DNA from: Mayamaea pseudoterrestris
Lineage: Eukaryota
Assembly (NCBI GenBank): GCA_027923505.1
Contig: BROI01000007.1
Span: 930,001 to 994,000 of the forward strand
DNA length: 64,000 nucleotides
Direction: 5' to 3'
The position numbers and the translations under genes were made by a program. Under the pieces are notes generated by a model. That model did not search any database and had not been told where the DNA came from. It saw only the letters and a list, made by a program, of their open reading frames with translations. Of the stretch, positions 42,995-55,597 are shown one piece after another; position 1 is the stretch's first letter, and each line of letters starts with the position of its first letter.

Positions 42995-45900
42995 ATGGCA
43001 TCAACTTGCTCGTCTACGCTAGATCTGAGCTTGGCCTTGGTTGGAGCAGGCGTGAGTCTGCTGGCAGTCTGCTTGGTCCAGGCTTCCGTCTCGTGTGGAT
43101 ATCCGCTGCATCAACTCGGTATGTCGAATATGCGCTAGTAAAATCGAACCTCATTTTGAATGATGTAAAATTGTTAATGACAGATTCTTCTAATTAATAT
43201 CATGCAGGTGTTCGTCCACGAGGGAGTGGACTCTGGAGTTACCTGTATAATCATTTAGTTCACGGCCAAGGCGTCAAGGGATACGATCCGGTGCAAGGTG
43301 CGCTGTCGCCCCCTCTTCGCCTCGGCGTTCACTTATCATGCTGTTTCTTTGTTTGGGCCATCTTGCTAGCGGCATGGCCAATGTTGCATATTCCAGATGC
43401 TTGTCTCGGTGGCTTTGGGTTGACGCTATCATTCTGGCAATCCGCTCTCGTTGCCGTGACAACCTATTCCTTTTCGTGTCACGTTATTTGCAACTACCTG
43501 CCGGGCGTGTCACATCCAGGAGGTGCACGCCAGCACAAGATGCAACGAAAGCCTCGTTGGAACAACATTGAGTCCAAACTGCCCAGCGATAGCAAGTGGA
43601 GGTTTTCCTCCGCCCACGAAAGTCACCAAGTTACCATGGATCGCTTTGCCGATACGGAGGCGCGCCTCACGGGCGAACCAGTTGGACGAAACGTTTGGAC
43701 CACGGCTCCACCAAAGCAGCAGCAATCGTCGCATCATGACGTCGATGAACGTCTCGTGCAGGAGCTTGCTGCGGGTGGTCGGCCAGTGGGAAGCTTCAAT
43801 CCGTCCATCAATCCAAACAGCTGCGACATGCCGTTTCGTGCGCAAATGATTCGCAACTACATACGTGCTGGTAAAACGCCTCCGTCAATTACGTCGCAAC
43901 CAAAAACGATCAAGGATGTCTTGCGCAAGGCGGTGCACTTTTACTCCATGCTGCAAACGGAGGATGGACATTGGTCGGGCGACTACGGTGGACCACTCTT
44001 TTTGACACCAGGCTTTGTCATTGCCTGGTACATTATGAAGAAGCCGTCGCTCATGTTCGACGTTGACGAAATAGACATGTTGACGCACTACATGCTGGTG
44101 CATCAGCAGGAGGACGGCGGCTGGGGCACGCACATTGAGTCGCCGTCCACCATGTTTGGAACGACGCTCAACTATGTTGCACTGCGACTCATGGGAGTTG
44201 GTGCGGATGAACCGTCGACGCGCAAGGCGCGGGCGTTTCTGTTGAGACATGGCGGCGCCATCATGACATCGTCGTGGGCCAAGCTGTACCTGTGCATGCT
44301 CGGCTGCATGCATTGGGATGGACATAACTCGGTGCCGCCCGAAATTTGGTTGCTGCCCGAATGGTTTCCCTTTCACCCGAGTCGCATGTGGTGTCACGCG
44401 CGCATGGTGTATTTGGTATGTGACAATGTAATGTATTGGATGGTTATGACGTTAAATCAAACTATTAGCTCATAATTAATCTGCTTCCCTTCTACAGCCA
44501 ATGGGATACGTTTATGGCACACGATTGATATACAGCGATGCTGAAACCGACCCAGTCATACTATCACTACGCAAGGAGCTTTACTGTGAAGATTATGAGC
44601 AGATCCAATGGTCAAAGACGAGGCATCTTGTTGCACCAATGGATAACTACTCTCCGATAAATCCAATCATGGCCACTGTTCAAAATATATTGGCTCGATA
44701 CGAGTCATGGCCAATCTTTCGGCCCTTTCGAGACGATGTGCGTCGCCGTGGACTTGCTTTTTGCGTCGACTACATGGCAGCGGAGGATCAGCAAACAAAT
44801 TATATCGACATTGGGCCCGTCAATAAGGTTCTGAATATGATATCTGCGTACCATGCGACTGGGGGAGACGCGCATCATGTTACATTACTCAACCATTTTG
44901 CTCGCGTTTCCGACTATTTGTGGTTGGCGGAAGATGGTCTCAGAGTGAAAGGGTACAGCGGCAGCCAGTGCTGGGATACTTCCTTCGCCATCCAATCAAT
45001 CTACGAAGCGAAGCTACTAGACGAGTTTCCGGATGTTTCGCGACGAGTATGGTCGTTTCTGGAGCGCACGCAAATTTTGTCGACTGAAACCTCGCAGAAT
45101 ACGCTCGCTTATGCGTTTGAGTCACCCGAAAACCGAAAGAAATACTACAGACATGTATCGAAAGGAGGCTGGCCATTCAGCACGAGCGCGCACGGTTGGC
45201 CGATTGCCGACTGCACTGGGGAAGGCCTGAAAGGTGTCTTATGTTTGTTGCGCTCAAAATCAGTACAAGACAGTATTGCGAGTGGGGAGCTAAAACACAT
45301 TGACGAAGAGCGGCTGCAGAATGCAATTAATGTCTTGCTGTCGTATCAGAACGAGGACGGAGGTTGGGCGACGTATGAGAACAATCGCGGCTTTGGTTGG
45401 TACGAGGCTTTGAATCCAAGTGAAGTATTTGGAGATATTATGATCGATTACTCCTATGTGGAACTCAGCATGGCTTCACTGACAGCACTGGTTGAATTTC
45501 GCGAAGTATATCCCGTGCATCGGTGCGACGAGATAAATTCCGCCGTTGAGCGTGGTCGTTCTTTTCTTAAAAGTATTCAAAGAGATGATGGTTCATGGTA
45601 TGGATCTTGGGCTTGTTGTTTCTGCTATGGTGTCTGGTTCGGCGTTGAAGGCTTAATAAAGGCTGGTGAACCACGATCATCAAAATGCATTCAAAACGCT
45701 TGCAAATTTTTACTTCGTCACCAGCGACCAAACGGTGGTTGGGGAGAGGATTTCTCGTCCTGTTACAACAAGGACTACGCAATTAATGGAATGGAAGATT
45801 ACGGAAATGAAGGCAGCGGCGTTGTGAACACAGCTTGGGCTTTACTGGCACTTTCAATCGCTCGTTATGACAACGTTGAAGCTGTGAAACGAGGAATTGA

Positions 45901-46066
45901 TTACTTGGTCAAAAGGCAACTACCCAGCGGAGACTGGCCTCAAGAGGGCATTGCCGGAGTCTTCAACCGTGCTTGTGGCATTTCATACACTGCTTATCGA
46001 AATGTATTTCCAATATGGGCAATCGGTCGGTGCGTGGAAGAATACGGAAATGCTATCGATGGATAA
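42995..46066 (+). CDS. Oxidosqualene cyclase (cycloartenol synthase signature), 3 exons
   Basis: QTEDGHWSGDYGGPLF, MWCHARMVYL|PM, KGYSGSQCWD, HGWPIADCTGE and QW repeats. Introns 43119-43207 and 44416-44497. Confidence 0.93.
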
Positions 46067-46095
46067 TTAGCACAGTCGGATAAAACATAACCTAT

Positions 46096-49000
46096 TCAAT
46101 TTTTAATGGCTATTGAGTTGCATCGAGAAATAACCGAGTGTAGGCGCTCCGACGCAGCCACATGAGACCGATGACTCTCTCTTAGTTGTGCGCGAGCCGA
46201 TTTTTCGGTATTTGTCAAATCTATAATAGTGGAAGACGCCTTGACAAGCCTGTAATTACAAACAGCTGATGTCAGTTCTATAAGGCCGTCGCTCAATGGT
46301 TCGGAAAGCTCAGGTGATCCAAGTAAGGAAAAGGAAGGGACGCGGAGTGGCAGAAGATCTTGTAGATGTGACGCAATCGCTGCAGCCTTCCATTTTGAAG
46401 CATCACGTAGCGCCTGCTGTAGAGCTGGACGATAAAGGGTAGCTTCTAGTAAACCGACATCTTCATGCCTGCCATCCGCAACACCAGGGCCAGACGGAGT
46501 CATATCTGAAGCCGAAGGCAAGCCGCGACGGGGAGTCACGTTCTTTTGTCCCTTCGCGGCGGGAGATTTGATATCTTTAAGCGCTGCCTGATATTCTTCC
46601 GCTTGAGTCTGCCAATGTTGCATTGCATCGTGGAGCACTCTATTTTCTTCCGTCAGCCGTTCGAACTCATCAGAAGACTTCAAGTCGATGGTGCGATTGA
46701 CAAAAGAGCCTCCTTTAGCTATCTCTTTCTCCAGTTCTGACAGTCTCGCTGTCTGCAACATGACTTCTTTTGACTTCGTGGCAAGCGTCTTTTCCATTGT
46801 CCCAAGTCGTGCATTCGCGGTCGCAAGTTTCGTCCGGTTTTCGATAGCTTCTGTAAATTGATGCTCAATGTCCCTAGCTCGAGCCATGTAATTAATATCG
46901 TCTTCATCACCATCCACGGAGCGTATCGCTTTGCAAAGAGTTGCTAGTCGGGTCCAGCTATGTTCATCCTGAGGCGACAGCGCATGAAATTGCTCATCAT
47001 TTTCCGCAGAAGAGAAGTTCGCTGGTCGTAGCGCTGAGGTCAATTGTGCCTGTGTTCTGAACATATCCTCAGCAGCAGCAAAACACGAGCCCAGGTCGCC
47101 GTCTTTGGAAACATGCAGCTTTAGTTCATTAAAAACCAAGAGCGTAGCAGCTTTCCAACTCGCTGCCATATCTGAGAGCTCGCTGACAAGACTTTCGTTA
47201 TTTATGTCCAACAAGCTTAAACGGCGATATGAGTCATGGGCGCGCGTAGACGCCTGTTCCAGCTTACTGTGCAGAACGGCAACGCCAGTTGGTGCATTAT
47301 CGTGTCCCAATTCGTGCACAACCAAAGATAGTGTCGCCGCCGCGCCCTGACATGCATAACCAGCAATTGAAATGTCTCTCATCAATTCCCACCCGGGCGG
47401 ATTCCACTCTTCAGGAACTATTGGGTCATTTTCACGCTCGATATCTGTCTTGAGGCGCTGCATGGTTGCAGTAACAGTTTGCTGAAGCGAGCCGAGATTT
47501 GCGTGCTCAGGTGACAGATCGCCTTCTTCTGTAATGCTTCGAAGTATTCCGCCCATGACAAAATCTAGTTCTTCAACTGAATGGCCAAGAGATGATGCCA
47601 GAGTGGCGGATGCCTCTTGCGACAGCAGATCAGGCCACAGAGTCGCAGCGAGGAATCGTATAAGATTGGATGATGCATCAACCACCGTATGCGCAAACTC
47701 GGCTTGGTATAGCATGGACGACGCTTTCCGCCGAACGTCATCAGAAAGATTAATTGTAAGCGGCCCAGATAAAGTAGAGCCTTCCATCAGAACTAAGCCT
47801 GGTAGCGTGGCTTTTGTTAGATAGTTAGAGATGCTTCTGAGAGTCTTCGCGGCACAATTGACAACTTTCGCTGTCAACAGCTCTCCTCTGATTGCCGAGA
47901 CCTCAAGTCCAACTATATTCTGTGGGAGTAAACTTTCCAAACGCAGGGCAAGATCTCGATAAACTTCCTTGTCTATTGAGTCCAAAACCGCCTGAGCTTC
48001 GCGCTTTCGTACAGCAGCAGCCTCAGACACCAACTGGGAAGCTCTTGCAAGCGCATTTTGTGATGCAGCAATGAGATCAGTCTTTTCTCCCTCGCCGCCT
48101 TGGTGCAACTCTAAAAGTGCTTGCTTTTCGTGGTTTAGTTTGGCGACAGTTGTTCGGTAGTTGCCTACTGTACGCAAAAAGTCCTCTTCGCGACGACGTT
48201 GACTATCGTTTGAAAAGAAGCAAAGCAAGCCCAATCGTTTGAAAAGAAGCAAAGCAAGCCCACGAGTCAGTGACAACTTTATTACAATACTCAGACTTAG
48301 CGACAAACCACTTACATCTTGATTGCTTCCTCAAGGTTATGGATTACTGCTTCTCTACCCTCGAGATCGCGAGATAATGCTTTAAGCTCTTCCGCTTGTA
48401 CTTCTTCCATCTCAGCCGTCAACTCGGCAGCTTCTTCCAGCTCTCGCACAACCGTCTTCAATGCAACGCATTCCTCCTCAAGAGAAAACAAGCGGTCAGT
48501 TAAATCTTCGACCATTTGCTCGAACGCGGCGCCCTGTTCGACCATCTCCTTTAGGTCAGTAATTTGCTCTTCTTGATTCGATGTGGTCAAGCGAAGTTCC
48601 GCCACCTCGTTACTCAACGCCCTCCCACTCTCAGCTTCCTTCTCGGCGTCACGAATGAGACGCAAAAGTTCCATCTTTTCAAACTGAGTTTGCTCACGGA
48701 GCCGGATTAACGCTTCGCGCAGTCTTGCATTCTGGGTCGATAGCGCCGTGGCCATTTCCTCCGCTCCTTCGTTTGCCACATTTTGAGACGACCCAGCCGC
48801 CTCCGCTGTCACATGTCGAGCGTCGTCAAGCTCCATTTTCAACTCTTCCACTTCCATTTGAGCAGTTTCGGCATCGAGTCGTAACTCATCAACGCGATCT
48901 TCCAGTGCTTCCTTTTCTTCCAGCAACTGCTCCTTATCCAACGTCAAATCCTCAATCGTTGCCTCCAAATCAAGCTTTTCCCTTTCCAGAGTTTCCACCT

Positions 49001-50288
49001 TTCGCTTTTGCGTACCTAGTTCGGCCTGCAGCTTGGCGCGTTCCTTATAGTGAGAGTTGTTTGCTGTGCCACGCTGCTCCGATTGTTGCGCCTGCATCTG
49101 CAGTTCCTGGCGCCATTGGGCAGCCTCGGCGCGAGCGGCGATCAACTCATCCTTGGCAGTCTCATGTTGTTGTTTATCTTGCTCCAAATGCTTCTTCACG
49201 TTTGTGATTTCCGCAAAGGCTTCCTGCGCCTTTTGTTTCCAATCCTCCACCAGCGACTGCAACGTGGCAACCGTTTCGTCATGTGCGGTCGAATCGTTTG
49301 ACACAATGACTTGAGGTCGGCGGGCCACCTTGGCTTGCTCGAGTTGAACCACTGTGTTTTGCAGCGCCTGTTCCGAGACAGCCAGTTGCGCCTGCAGTTC
49401 AGCTACCTGCGGGTCAACTTGATTCGTTTGCATCGTCGGAGCTGATGCAGCAGCAGCAGTTGATGTAGCTTCTTCAAGCGCCGCCTTCACCTTGTGCAGC
49501 TCTTGTTCGGTCAAGGAAAGCTTGGATTGCAACAGGCTCGCTTCATGCTCCTTGTCACCGAGTCTGGCTTGCACAGCCGTCATGTCGCGTTTCAACTGTT
49601 CCAACTCCTTGGTCAGCTTGCTTACCTCCTCCGCCTGCAAGGCCGCCGCAGGAGATGTAATCGATGTGGCGGCGGTAGCAGCCACTGGAGCAGCCACAGT
49701 TCGAGTAGCTGCGGAAGCAGATTTTCTTGCAGTCGATGTCACTGGAGTTGATTTCACCGAAATTGTTGCTTCAACCGTCGTCTTGGTCTCCATTTTTTCC
49801 TTGAGAGCCGCACGTCGCAAACGGAGCTCCTCCAGCTTGGAAATGGTAGCTTTGGCTGGCTCCACCGGCGGTAAATCCTTTGGATCTGCTTTCGGTGGAT
49901 TGCCAGTCTTTCGAGGCGTGGTCGTTGCCGATTTCGCTCCTCCTTCAACGGAGCTACTACTTGAAGCGGGTCCTGCCGCTGCAGCAGGTTTCTTCGTCGC
50001 CGCCGCCGACAATTCTCTCTTGAGTCGCAGCTCCTCCAGCTTGGTCAGTGGTCGCTTCGTCACAGCACTCGACGGCGCAAAAATGCCGCAATTGGGCGGA
50101 CAGTCAAAGTACTGCTCGTTGTGTAAACTGCCGTTGTTGTTGCCAAGCCCCACGCAGCCTCCCGTCAAACGCACGCCCATCATGTCATCATTGTCAATGT
50201 TGCCAAACCACGCCAAGACTCCCTCGAGCTGGCGACCGTCGACGCTGACGAACACGGCGTCGTTGATTTCGAGTTGATGATCCGCCAT
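46096..50288 (-). CDS. DCTN1: Dynactin subunit 1 (p150Glued), 2 exons
   Basis: CAP-Gly domain (GVRL..GNNNGS..YFDCPPNCGIF), coiled coil, LTLDKE, QNARLREALIRLR. Intron 48203-48315. Confidence 0.88.
48205..48262. repeat. Perfect 29-bp tandem duplication inside the dynactin intron
   Basis: atcgtttgaaaagaagcaaagcaagccca x2. Confidence 0.9.
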
Positions 50289-50330
50289 GGTGGATTTTGT
50301 GCGTGCAACGAAACGCATGAGCGCGGTTGA

Positions 50331-50394
50331 TTGTCCGTCCGGTACTCACTTTGTCTTGTCTGTCCGGTACTCATTATTGTCCGTCCGGTACTCA
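50331..50394. repeat. Three 18-bp direct repeats in a divergent intergenic region
   Basis: TTGTC(C/T)GTCCGGTACTCA at 50331, 50356 and 50377. Confidence 0.9.
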
Positions 50395-50408
50395 TTCAAA
50401 TCTTGCGA

Positions 50409-51919
50409 TGTTGCAAGCAGCACACACCTCCTCCTTGTACCCATCTTTCACCATGAAGAAGCGGCGACGGCCAGTGTCGTTTTCCACGCATCTATGGAAC
50501 GAAGAAAAGCCTATCAATGGCAAGAGTGGTTTACAGGCGACGGCAAGCAGCAATGGGTCCAGCGACGAAGAAAAGCAGGAGGAGAGCAGCCTCGTCGACA
50601 TTCATGGCCAATTCTTTGCAAAATTACACCAGCAGCAGCAGCCTTTGGAATCCTTGGCATCAATCCAAAACTTCACTAGATTACAGAGTCTTAAGCGTCA
50701 GAGAAGTGCCTTGGCGGCGGAACTGCAGGTTCTCAAGGAGCAGCGAGCAGCAGCTGCTGCAGCACAAAGTGACATCAACCGACAGCAAAGTGTCATGGAT
50801 CATGAACAAGCCTTGCTGCAGCAACGACCCTATCTCACCGGAATGGTCGAGCATCAATCCACCTTTCTGCGGCTCATGCAGCGTCACCATCATATGCAGG
50901 CGAAGCAGCGATGTGAGCAAGATGGACATAACGACGATGCATCCAAGCAGCAGCAGCAGCAGCAGCAGCCGCAACATGCGCTACATCAAACAATGAACGA
51001 ATACCGCCAACAAACGAAGATACAGGCAGCCTACCAACTACTGGGAAAAACTTTTTACTGTCCCGATCTGCTGCAGCAGCATGACAGTGGCATGCTGGGC
51101 CTTTGCATCCACGTATTCGTCGCCGGCGCGTACTATAATTGTCACCACGTCTTTTTTGAATTGGTGATGACTTGCGGCGGCACCACGAAGAATGGCACCA
51201 CCAACGCTCCCATGCTGCAGCTGCAGTACAAGCAAGATACGCTACCCCAACATACAAGCTACATGGACATTTTGCGCAAGCATTTGGGTAGCTCGCTCGC
51301 ACTGGGACCATGGTTGGCGCCTGCTGTGAATGATGATCATGAGCACCACAACACCGCATTGCCCCCCGATTGCTACGCCGCCATTCACCAGCGCCTCCAA
51401 GTTTGCGCCGCGGAGCTTTACGACTTGTGCTTCGCCCACGCGGTGCGAAATGAAGCGGTTCGCTTCTTGAAGGAGCAGCCGTCTGCGACCGATTCAAAAT
51501 ACAGCATTGAACAGGTTGCAACGACTGGTGGCGCCACCATTGACTCCATTTCCTTCATTCTTTGTCTACGTCAATCATTGCCGCACCATGACAATGGACT
51601 GCCTACTTGCATCAGGCTGAGCGTTCGATTGCATTACGATCCCAAGAATTACGCGGAACGACCCAGCGACGTTTCCGTGCACCTTGTGCGAAATCCAACC
51701 GTGTCTCATGGCAGTCGATCAGCAGCATCGGTTGCATCCACGTCGAGTCGAGACGTTATCAGTGACGATGAAGATAACGACAGCGACACCAACATAAGCG
51801 GCAGCCATGGAGCTGCATCGTTGGTCAACTTCGCCACAACAGCCTTTCAACGACGATTGGTGCCGCACGCCATTAATGCCATTGTGGCGCATGCGACTGT
51901 ACACGAGAATGGCAAATGA
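50409..51919 (+). CDS. Probable divergent CENP-O/Mcm21 kinetochore protein
   Basis: An N-terminal coiled coil precedes AYQLLGKTFY..LGLCIHVF..GAYYNCHHVFF..LQYKQDTLP, resembling the CENP-O pattern YRxxGxTxF..LGxRxD..GxFxxPYYxxL..HxHTIP. Start uncertain. Confidence 0.5.
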
Positions 51920-51990
51920 TGATCATATAATGTAACTCATAATGTAATATCTACGCTAGCGACTTTAATTTGTTGTATATTCACACAAAT

Positions 51991-53310
51991 TTACTGACCG
52001 CGTGATAGCTTGACAGACAAGCTGTTATGTTCATCGTGGATGTTCGTATGCGATTTGCCTTGATCAAGGTCAATGCGTTTCGCATAGGGTTGCGACTGCT
52101 GCATGACGGCAAAGTAGTAGTCGGCCAAGTTACTCTTGGAGTGCACCAGCGTATCACATCGTTCCAGCAACATGAAACTTGCCTGCAGCACTGCCACTTC
52201 GAGCACTGGATCGTTGGACGGAACGTGGTGCTCCCAGCCGCCGTCGTTGCCGTAATGGCGGGGGCGATCAATATAAGACCAATGATATTTCGGAAACATG
52301 GACGTTGCTTCCGTAATGGCGTTGGTGTCATCCGTCAGCAACAGAATGCTGGCGTTGTCGTCCTTTTTCAGTCGACCCGCACGCTGCGCCGCATTCAAGT
52401 ACTCGCTGATGCGATGGTACTTGCGGCTGAACTTGCCGTGGCGCACCACGTCGTTGCGACGCACGTGAATCGCGATACATGGCGCCGTCGTTTCAAAGAG
52501 ACCAGTGGTTGCTGCAATACGAAAAGCCTTGCGACGCAACCATGTTTGCGGGCGGGTGGCATACTGAAGGAGCCAGGCGTTGGAATCTGGCTGCATGAAT
52601 CCCAGCCAGGGAAAGTTGAATGATACGGTCTCGTGCTGCCGCGTCCAGCTGACCAAGTGCGAATCTGGTACGCAGCTTGTCAAGGGCAAAAAGTAGCACT
52701 CCAAGTCAGCCGTGGCACATGGAGGCGTTTGAAGTTGTGGAGGTTTTCCGACGGCGTACTGCCAGTTGATGGGTGCGACGAATATTATGGGCACATGATT
52801 CGTCATGGCATACTGCAGCCCATCGACCACGTGAGCCATATCCGAGCCCCACCCAGAACCCGAAATCTTTTTGTAAAACAAGTCTTGACACGCTTCGCCA
52901 TGTTGAATCTTGTGTAAGCGTCGCAGAAAGAATGCTTTGTTGCTTTCGGAAATGGGGCAGAAACATTGATGAGTCGCATTCTGCAACGCAGTCTCCCAGT
53001 CGGGATGATCCGACCACCAAGAATCAACGTTAAATGTCCAACTTATACAGAAAGGTTCATGACTAAGCTTTCCATAGCTTGCTAAATTCTCCAGAGATGT
53101 AACTTCTGATGCATTTTGTATGATAAAAGACTTAGTTGGATGCTGCGGAAAGGATGAGGTGTATGCTGCCGCGACTGGATCCCAATAAATCAATTTTAAG
53201 ATGTATCGAGTCGCAAGAGCAAATAGTATAACTACGGAAATGGTGATCAAGGAGCGGAGGCGTCGTTTAGTTGTGTATCGCTTGCGTTTGGGCCTCGTCG
53301 TCATGGCCAT
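51991..53310 (-). CDS. Alpha-1,6-fucosyltransferase-like glycosyltransferase (GT23/NodZ fold), type II membrane
   Basis: N-terminal TM, SGWGS, CYFLPLTSC, IAIHVRRND, LLTDD, CDTLVHSKSN. Confidence 0.75.
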   Translation of the reverse strand: MAMTTRPKRKRYTTKRRLRSLITISVVILFALATRYILKLIYWDPVAAAYTSSFPQHPTKSFIIQNASEVTSLENLASYGKLSHEPFCISWTFNVDSWWSDHPDWETALQNATHQCFCPISESNKAFFLRRLHKIQHGEACQDLFYKKISGSGWGSDMAHVVDGLQYAMTNHVPIIFVAPINWQYAVGKPPQLQTPPCATADLECYFLPLTSCVPDSHLVSWTRQHETVSFNFPWLGFMQPDSNAWLLQYATRPQTWLRRKAFRIAATTGLFETTAPCIAIHVRRNDVVRHGKFSRKYHRISEYLNAAQRAGRLKKDDNASILLLTDDTNAITEATSMFPKYHWSYIDRPRHYGNDGGWEHHVPSNDPVLEVAVLQASFMLLERCDTLVHSKSNLADYYFAVMQQSQPYAKRIDLDQGKSHTNIHDEHNSLSVKLSRGQ

Positions 53311-53575
53311 GGTTGGAAAAGTCGGAATCGGATGGGCAGTCGCCAAATAGGTGCATGCGGTTATAAAAAGACATATACATGTCGTACAGGTACGAATAGC
53401 GGTAGTTTGGCAATGCAAGTACTCGTACGTATACCTATCTGCTAATTGTGTCTTAAAGTTAGTACAGAAGATAATATTAATATTCCAAGCAGTCTATTGC
53501 TCCACAGTCAAAGTGCAAGGACAAGGACTTGACTGTAAATACACCCCGCCGCGCGTCCACTTCAGCGGACTAAAC

Positions 53576-55300
53576 TTACTTCTGGACATCTTCATCTGCA
53601 TACACCGAAGCCCGCTCACCAACAAGCTTGTCCAACAAAAGAATCACGCTGTCATTTTTGGCTTCAATACGCTGCATTTTAATTTCCTGTTTACTATGGC
53701 TCTGCGTGAGCCTGCGAATCTCCTCCTCCGACTGCCGCTGAGCAGTCATGAACTGCTCCTCCTTTTCTTCCATCAATGCTCGCATTCTAACTTCCAGCTG
53801 ATACATTTCTTGAGCATGCTGCATTTCCTGTGCGTTCATCACCTCCAACATCAAAGTTATGGTTGCCTGATGATCCATTCCCAGTGCCCTCAACTCAATC
53901 ACACTTGCTTCCAAATCCTCAAATTGGCCTGCAGGCGTCCGTGCTTTCAGTAGCATGTTGGAAAAAGCGCGGCACAGTTTGAACTGTTGGTCTGGATTGT
54001 TACGAGCACCAAGCAGCGAGGCGAGAATCAGCGACTGACGAACATCCGTTGGAGGGTCGTCCTTGAGAAGCGGATTGTTTGCCATTTGAAAGTAAGCCAT
54101 GTCGCCCGCAGCCAGTGCAGGCAGTCTGCGACGGACTAGCAATGATGGGTGGCTATCATCATCTTCAGCGGCTGTCCACTCAAGCGTGAATGACCTGTCA
54201 GTTGGTATGGCACTTAAATGTTCTTGACAAAGCTGCCATTCACCAACGGTAACTCCGGTAAAATTAAAAGACGTCCAGCTGGTACCTTCATACAAGACAG
54301 GCGACTGCCATAAATGCTGCCAAGCTTCTTCAGTGATTTGTCCGTCTTCATACTCCACTTCTCCAGCAAATGAAAGCCACATGCTGCAAAACTCATTGAC
54401 TTGCTCTAAAGTTTCCAAATGTCGACAGCGAAAATTTAATCGAGTTTGAATGGGACTTACTTTTCCAGGCGCTCCTTCCGTATCTGTGTCGTTTCCAATG
54501 ACCTGGACAGTTTTTGAGCGAGTATTTTGCAGAAACCGCCAAGGCACGCTAGTCTTAAATAATTTGAAGCGTTCAAAAGGAAATTCTTCCAATCCATCCC
54601 ATTCACGTGGAGACAATTGATACTGATCGATTAGAATCACGCCACGCTGTCTCCAACTATCCTGCTGAAAGCAATCGCGCAAGCACTTTGGAGTGAACGC
54701 GTCGTGCACAGGCATGTTATACAACGCGTGGAGAACAAGACGTCGGCTATAATCATTTTGAGAAACATCTCTTGAGAGAGGATAACTAGTCGCAAGTTGA
54801 AGAATGTCTTGAAGATGCTGCTTGATGAGACTTAAATCGTCACGATCGTACGGGATCGAAGTTTGCGCGAGAAAGAGCTGACACTCCGTAAATCGATATC
54901 GCTCTTCTTCGATGCGGACATATGATTCAAACAGCGGGCCAATCTTGACGTATTTGATTCCATTGCTGTCTCGAATCTGAATTGTTCCGTCCATGCGCAA
55001 ATTATCGTAGAAAAGTGCGCAGAGGTTGCTCGAGATCTGGAGAATGAATCCACCATCAGCCGGAAACAAAATCGAAAGATGCTCGAACCCTACTGAAGTA
55101 AGCTGCCAAATTTTTTTGTCATCTTTTAACTGATACACTGGAAGCTCCATAGGCACGCGAATAGTCCTTGGTACCGTGACGTCGGCCTCATCGCGCAACT
55201 TTGATGCGATCAGAGTCGTCTCCTCTGCTACCGGTACATCCGACAGAATTTGACGAATTGACGCGTGCAGGACGTTAGCCATATTACAGATATATATCAA
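53576..55300 (-). CDS. Hypothetical protein with a C-terminal coiled coil
   Basis: 574-aa ORF with no recognised domain. Confidence 0.6.
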   Translation of the reverse strand: MIYICNMANVLHASIRQILSDVPVAEETTLIASKLRDEADVTVPRTIRVPMELPVYQLKDDKKIWQLTSVGFEHLSILFPADGGFILQISSNLCALFYDNLRMDGTIQIRDSNGIKYVKIGPLFESYVRIEEERYRFTECQLFLAQTSIPYDRDDLSLIKQHLQDILQLATSYPLSRDVSQNDYSRRLVLHALYNMPVHDAFTPKCLRDCFQQDSWRQRGVILIDQYQLSPREWDGLEEFPFERFKLFKTSVPWRFLQNTRSKTVQVIGNDTDTEGAPGKVSPIQTRLNFRCRHLETLEQVNEFCSMWLSFAGEVEYEDGQITEEAWQHLWQSPVLYEGTSWTSFNFTGVTVGEWQLCQEHLSAIPTDRSFTLEWTAAEDDDSHPSLLVRRRLPALAAGDMAYFQMANNPLLKDDPPTDVRQSLILASLLGARNNPDQQFKLCRAFSNMLLKARTPAGQFEDLEASVIELRALGMDHQATITLMLEVMNAQEMQHAQEMYQLEVRMRALMEEKEEQFMTAQRQSEEEIRRLTQSHSKQEIKMQRIEAKNDSVILLLDKLVGERASVYADEDVQK

Positions 55301-55597
55301 ACGTATGTGAACGAAAGCGATTTGTAGAGCGCAAGTGAATTGTAGATAAGTAATCGGGAGGTCGTGAAAGGGTCCGTTTCGTATTTGAAGCCTTTCGCGT
55401 TATGCAACTCGCTGGCACGGTTGAGTACCGCTAAGATATACGATGAATCCCAAAACTCATCTCGCGAACGTCTTGTACAAGTACCTGTATCTATCATACA
55501 TCCCGCCTGCTTAGGAATACAAGCCAATGAATTTGTCACATTATATGTTGTCATGAAACTTTATAAAAAGTAAACCATTGCCAGACCATTTTGCCAT

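Noticed and set aside
49492..50277. Long antisense ORF, and similar ones at 19616-20311, 30293-30919 and 4049-4558
   Set aside because: Antisense shadows of well-supported genes.
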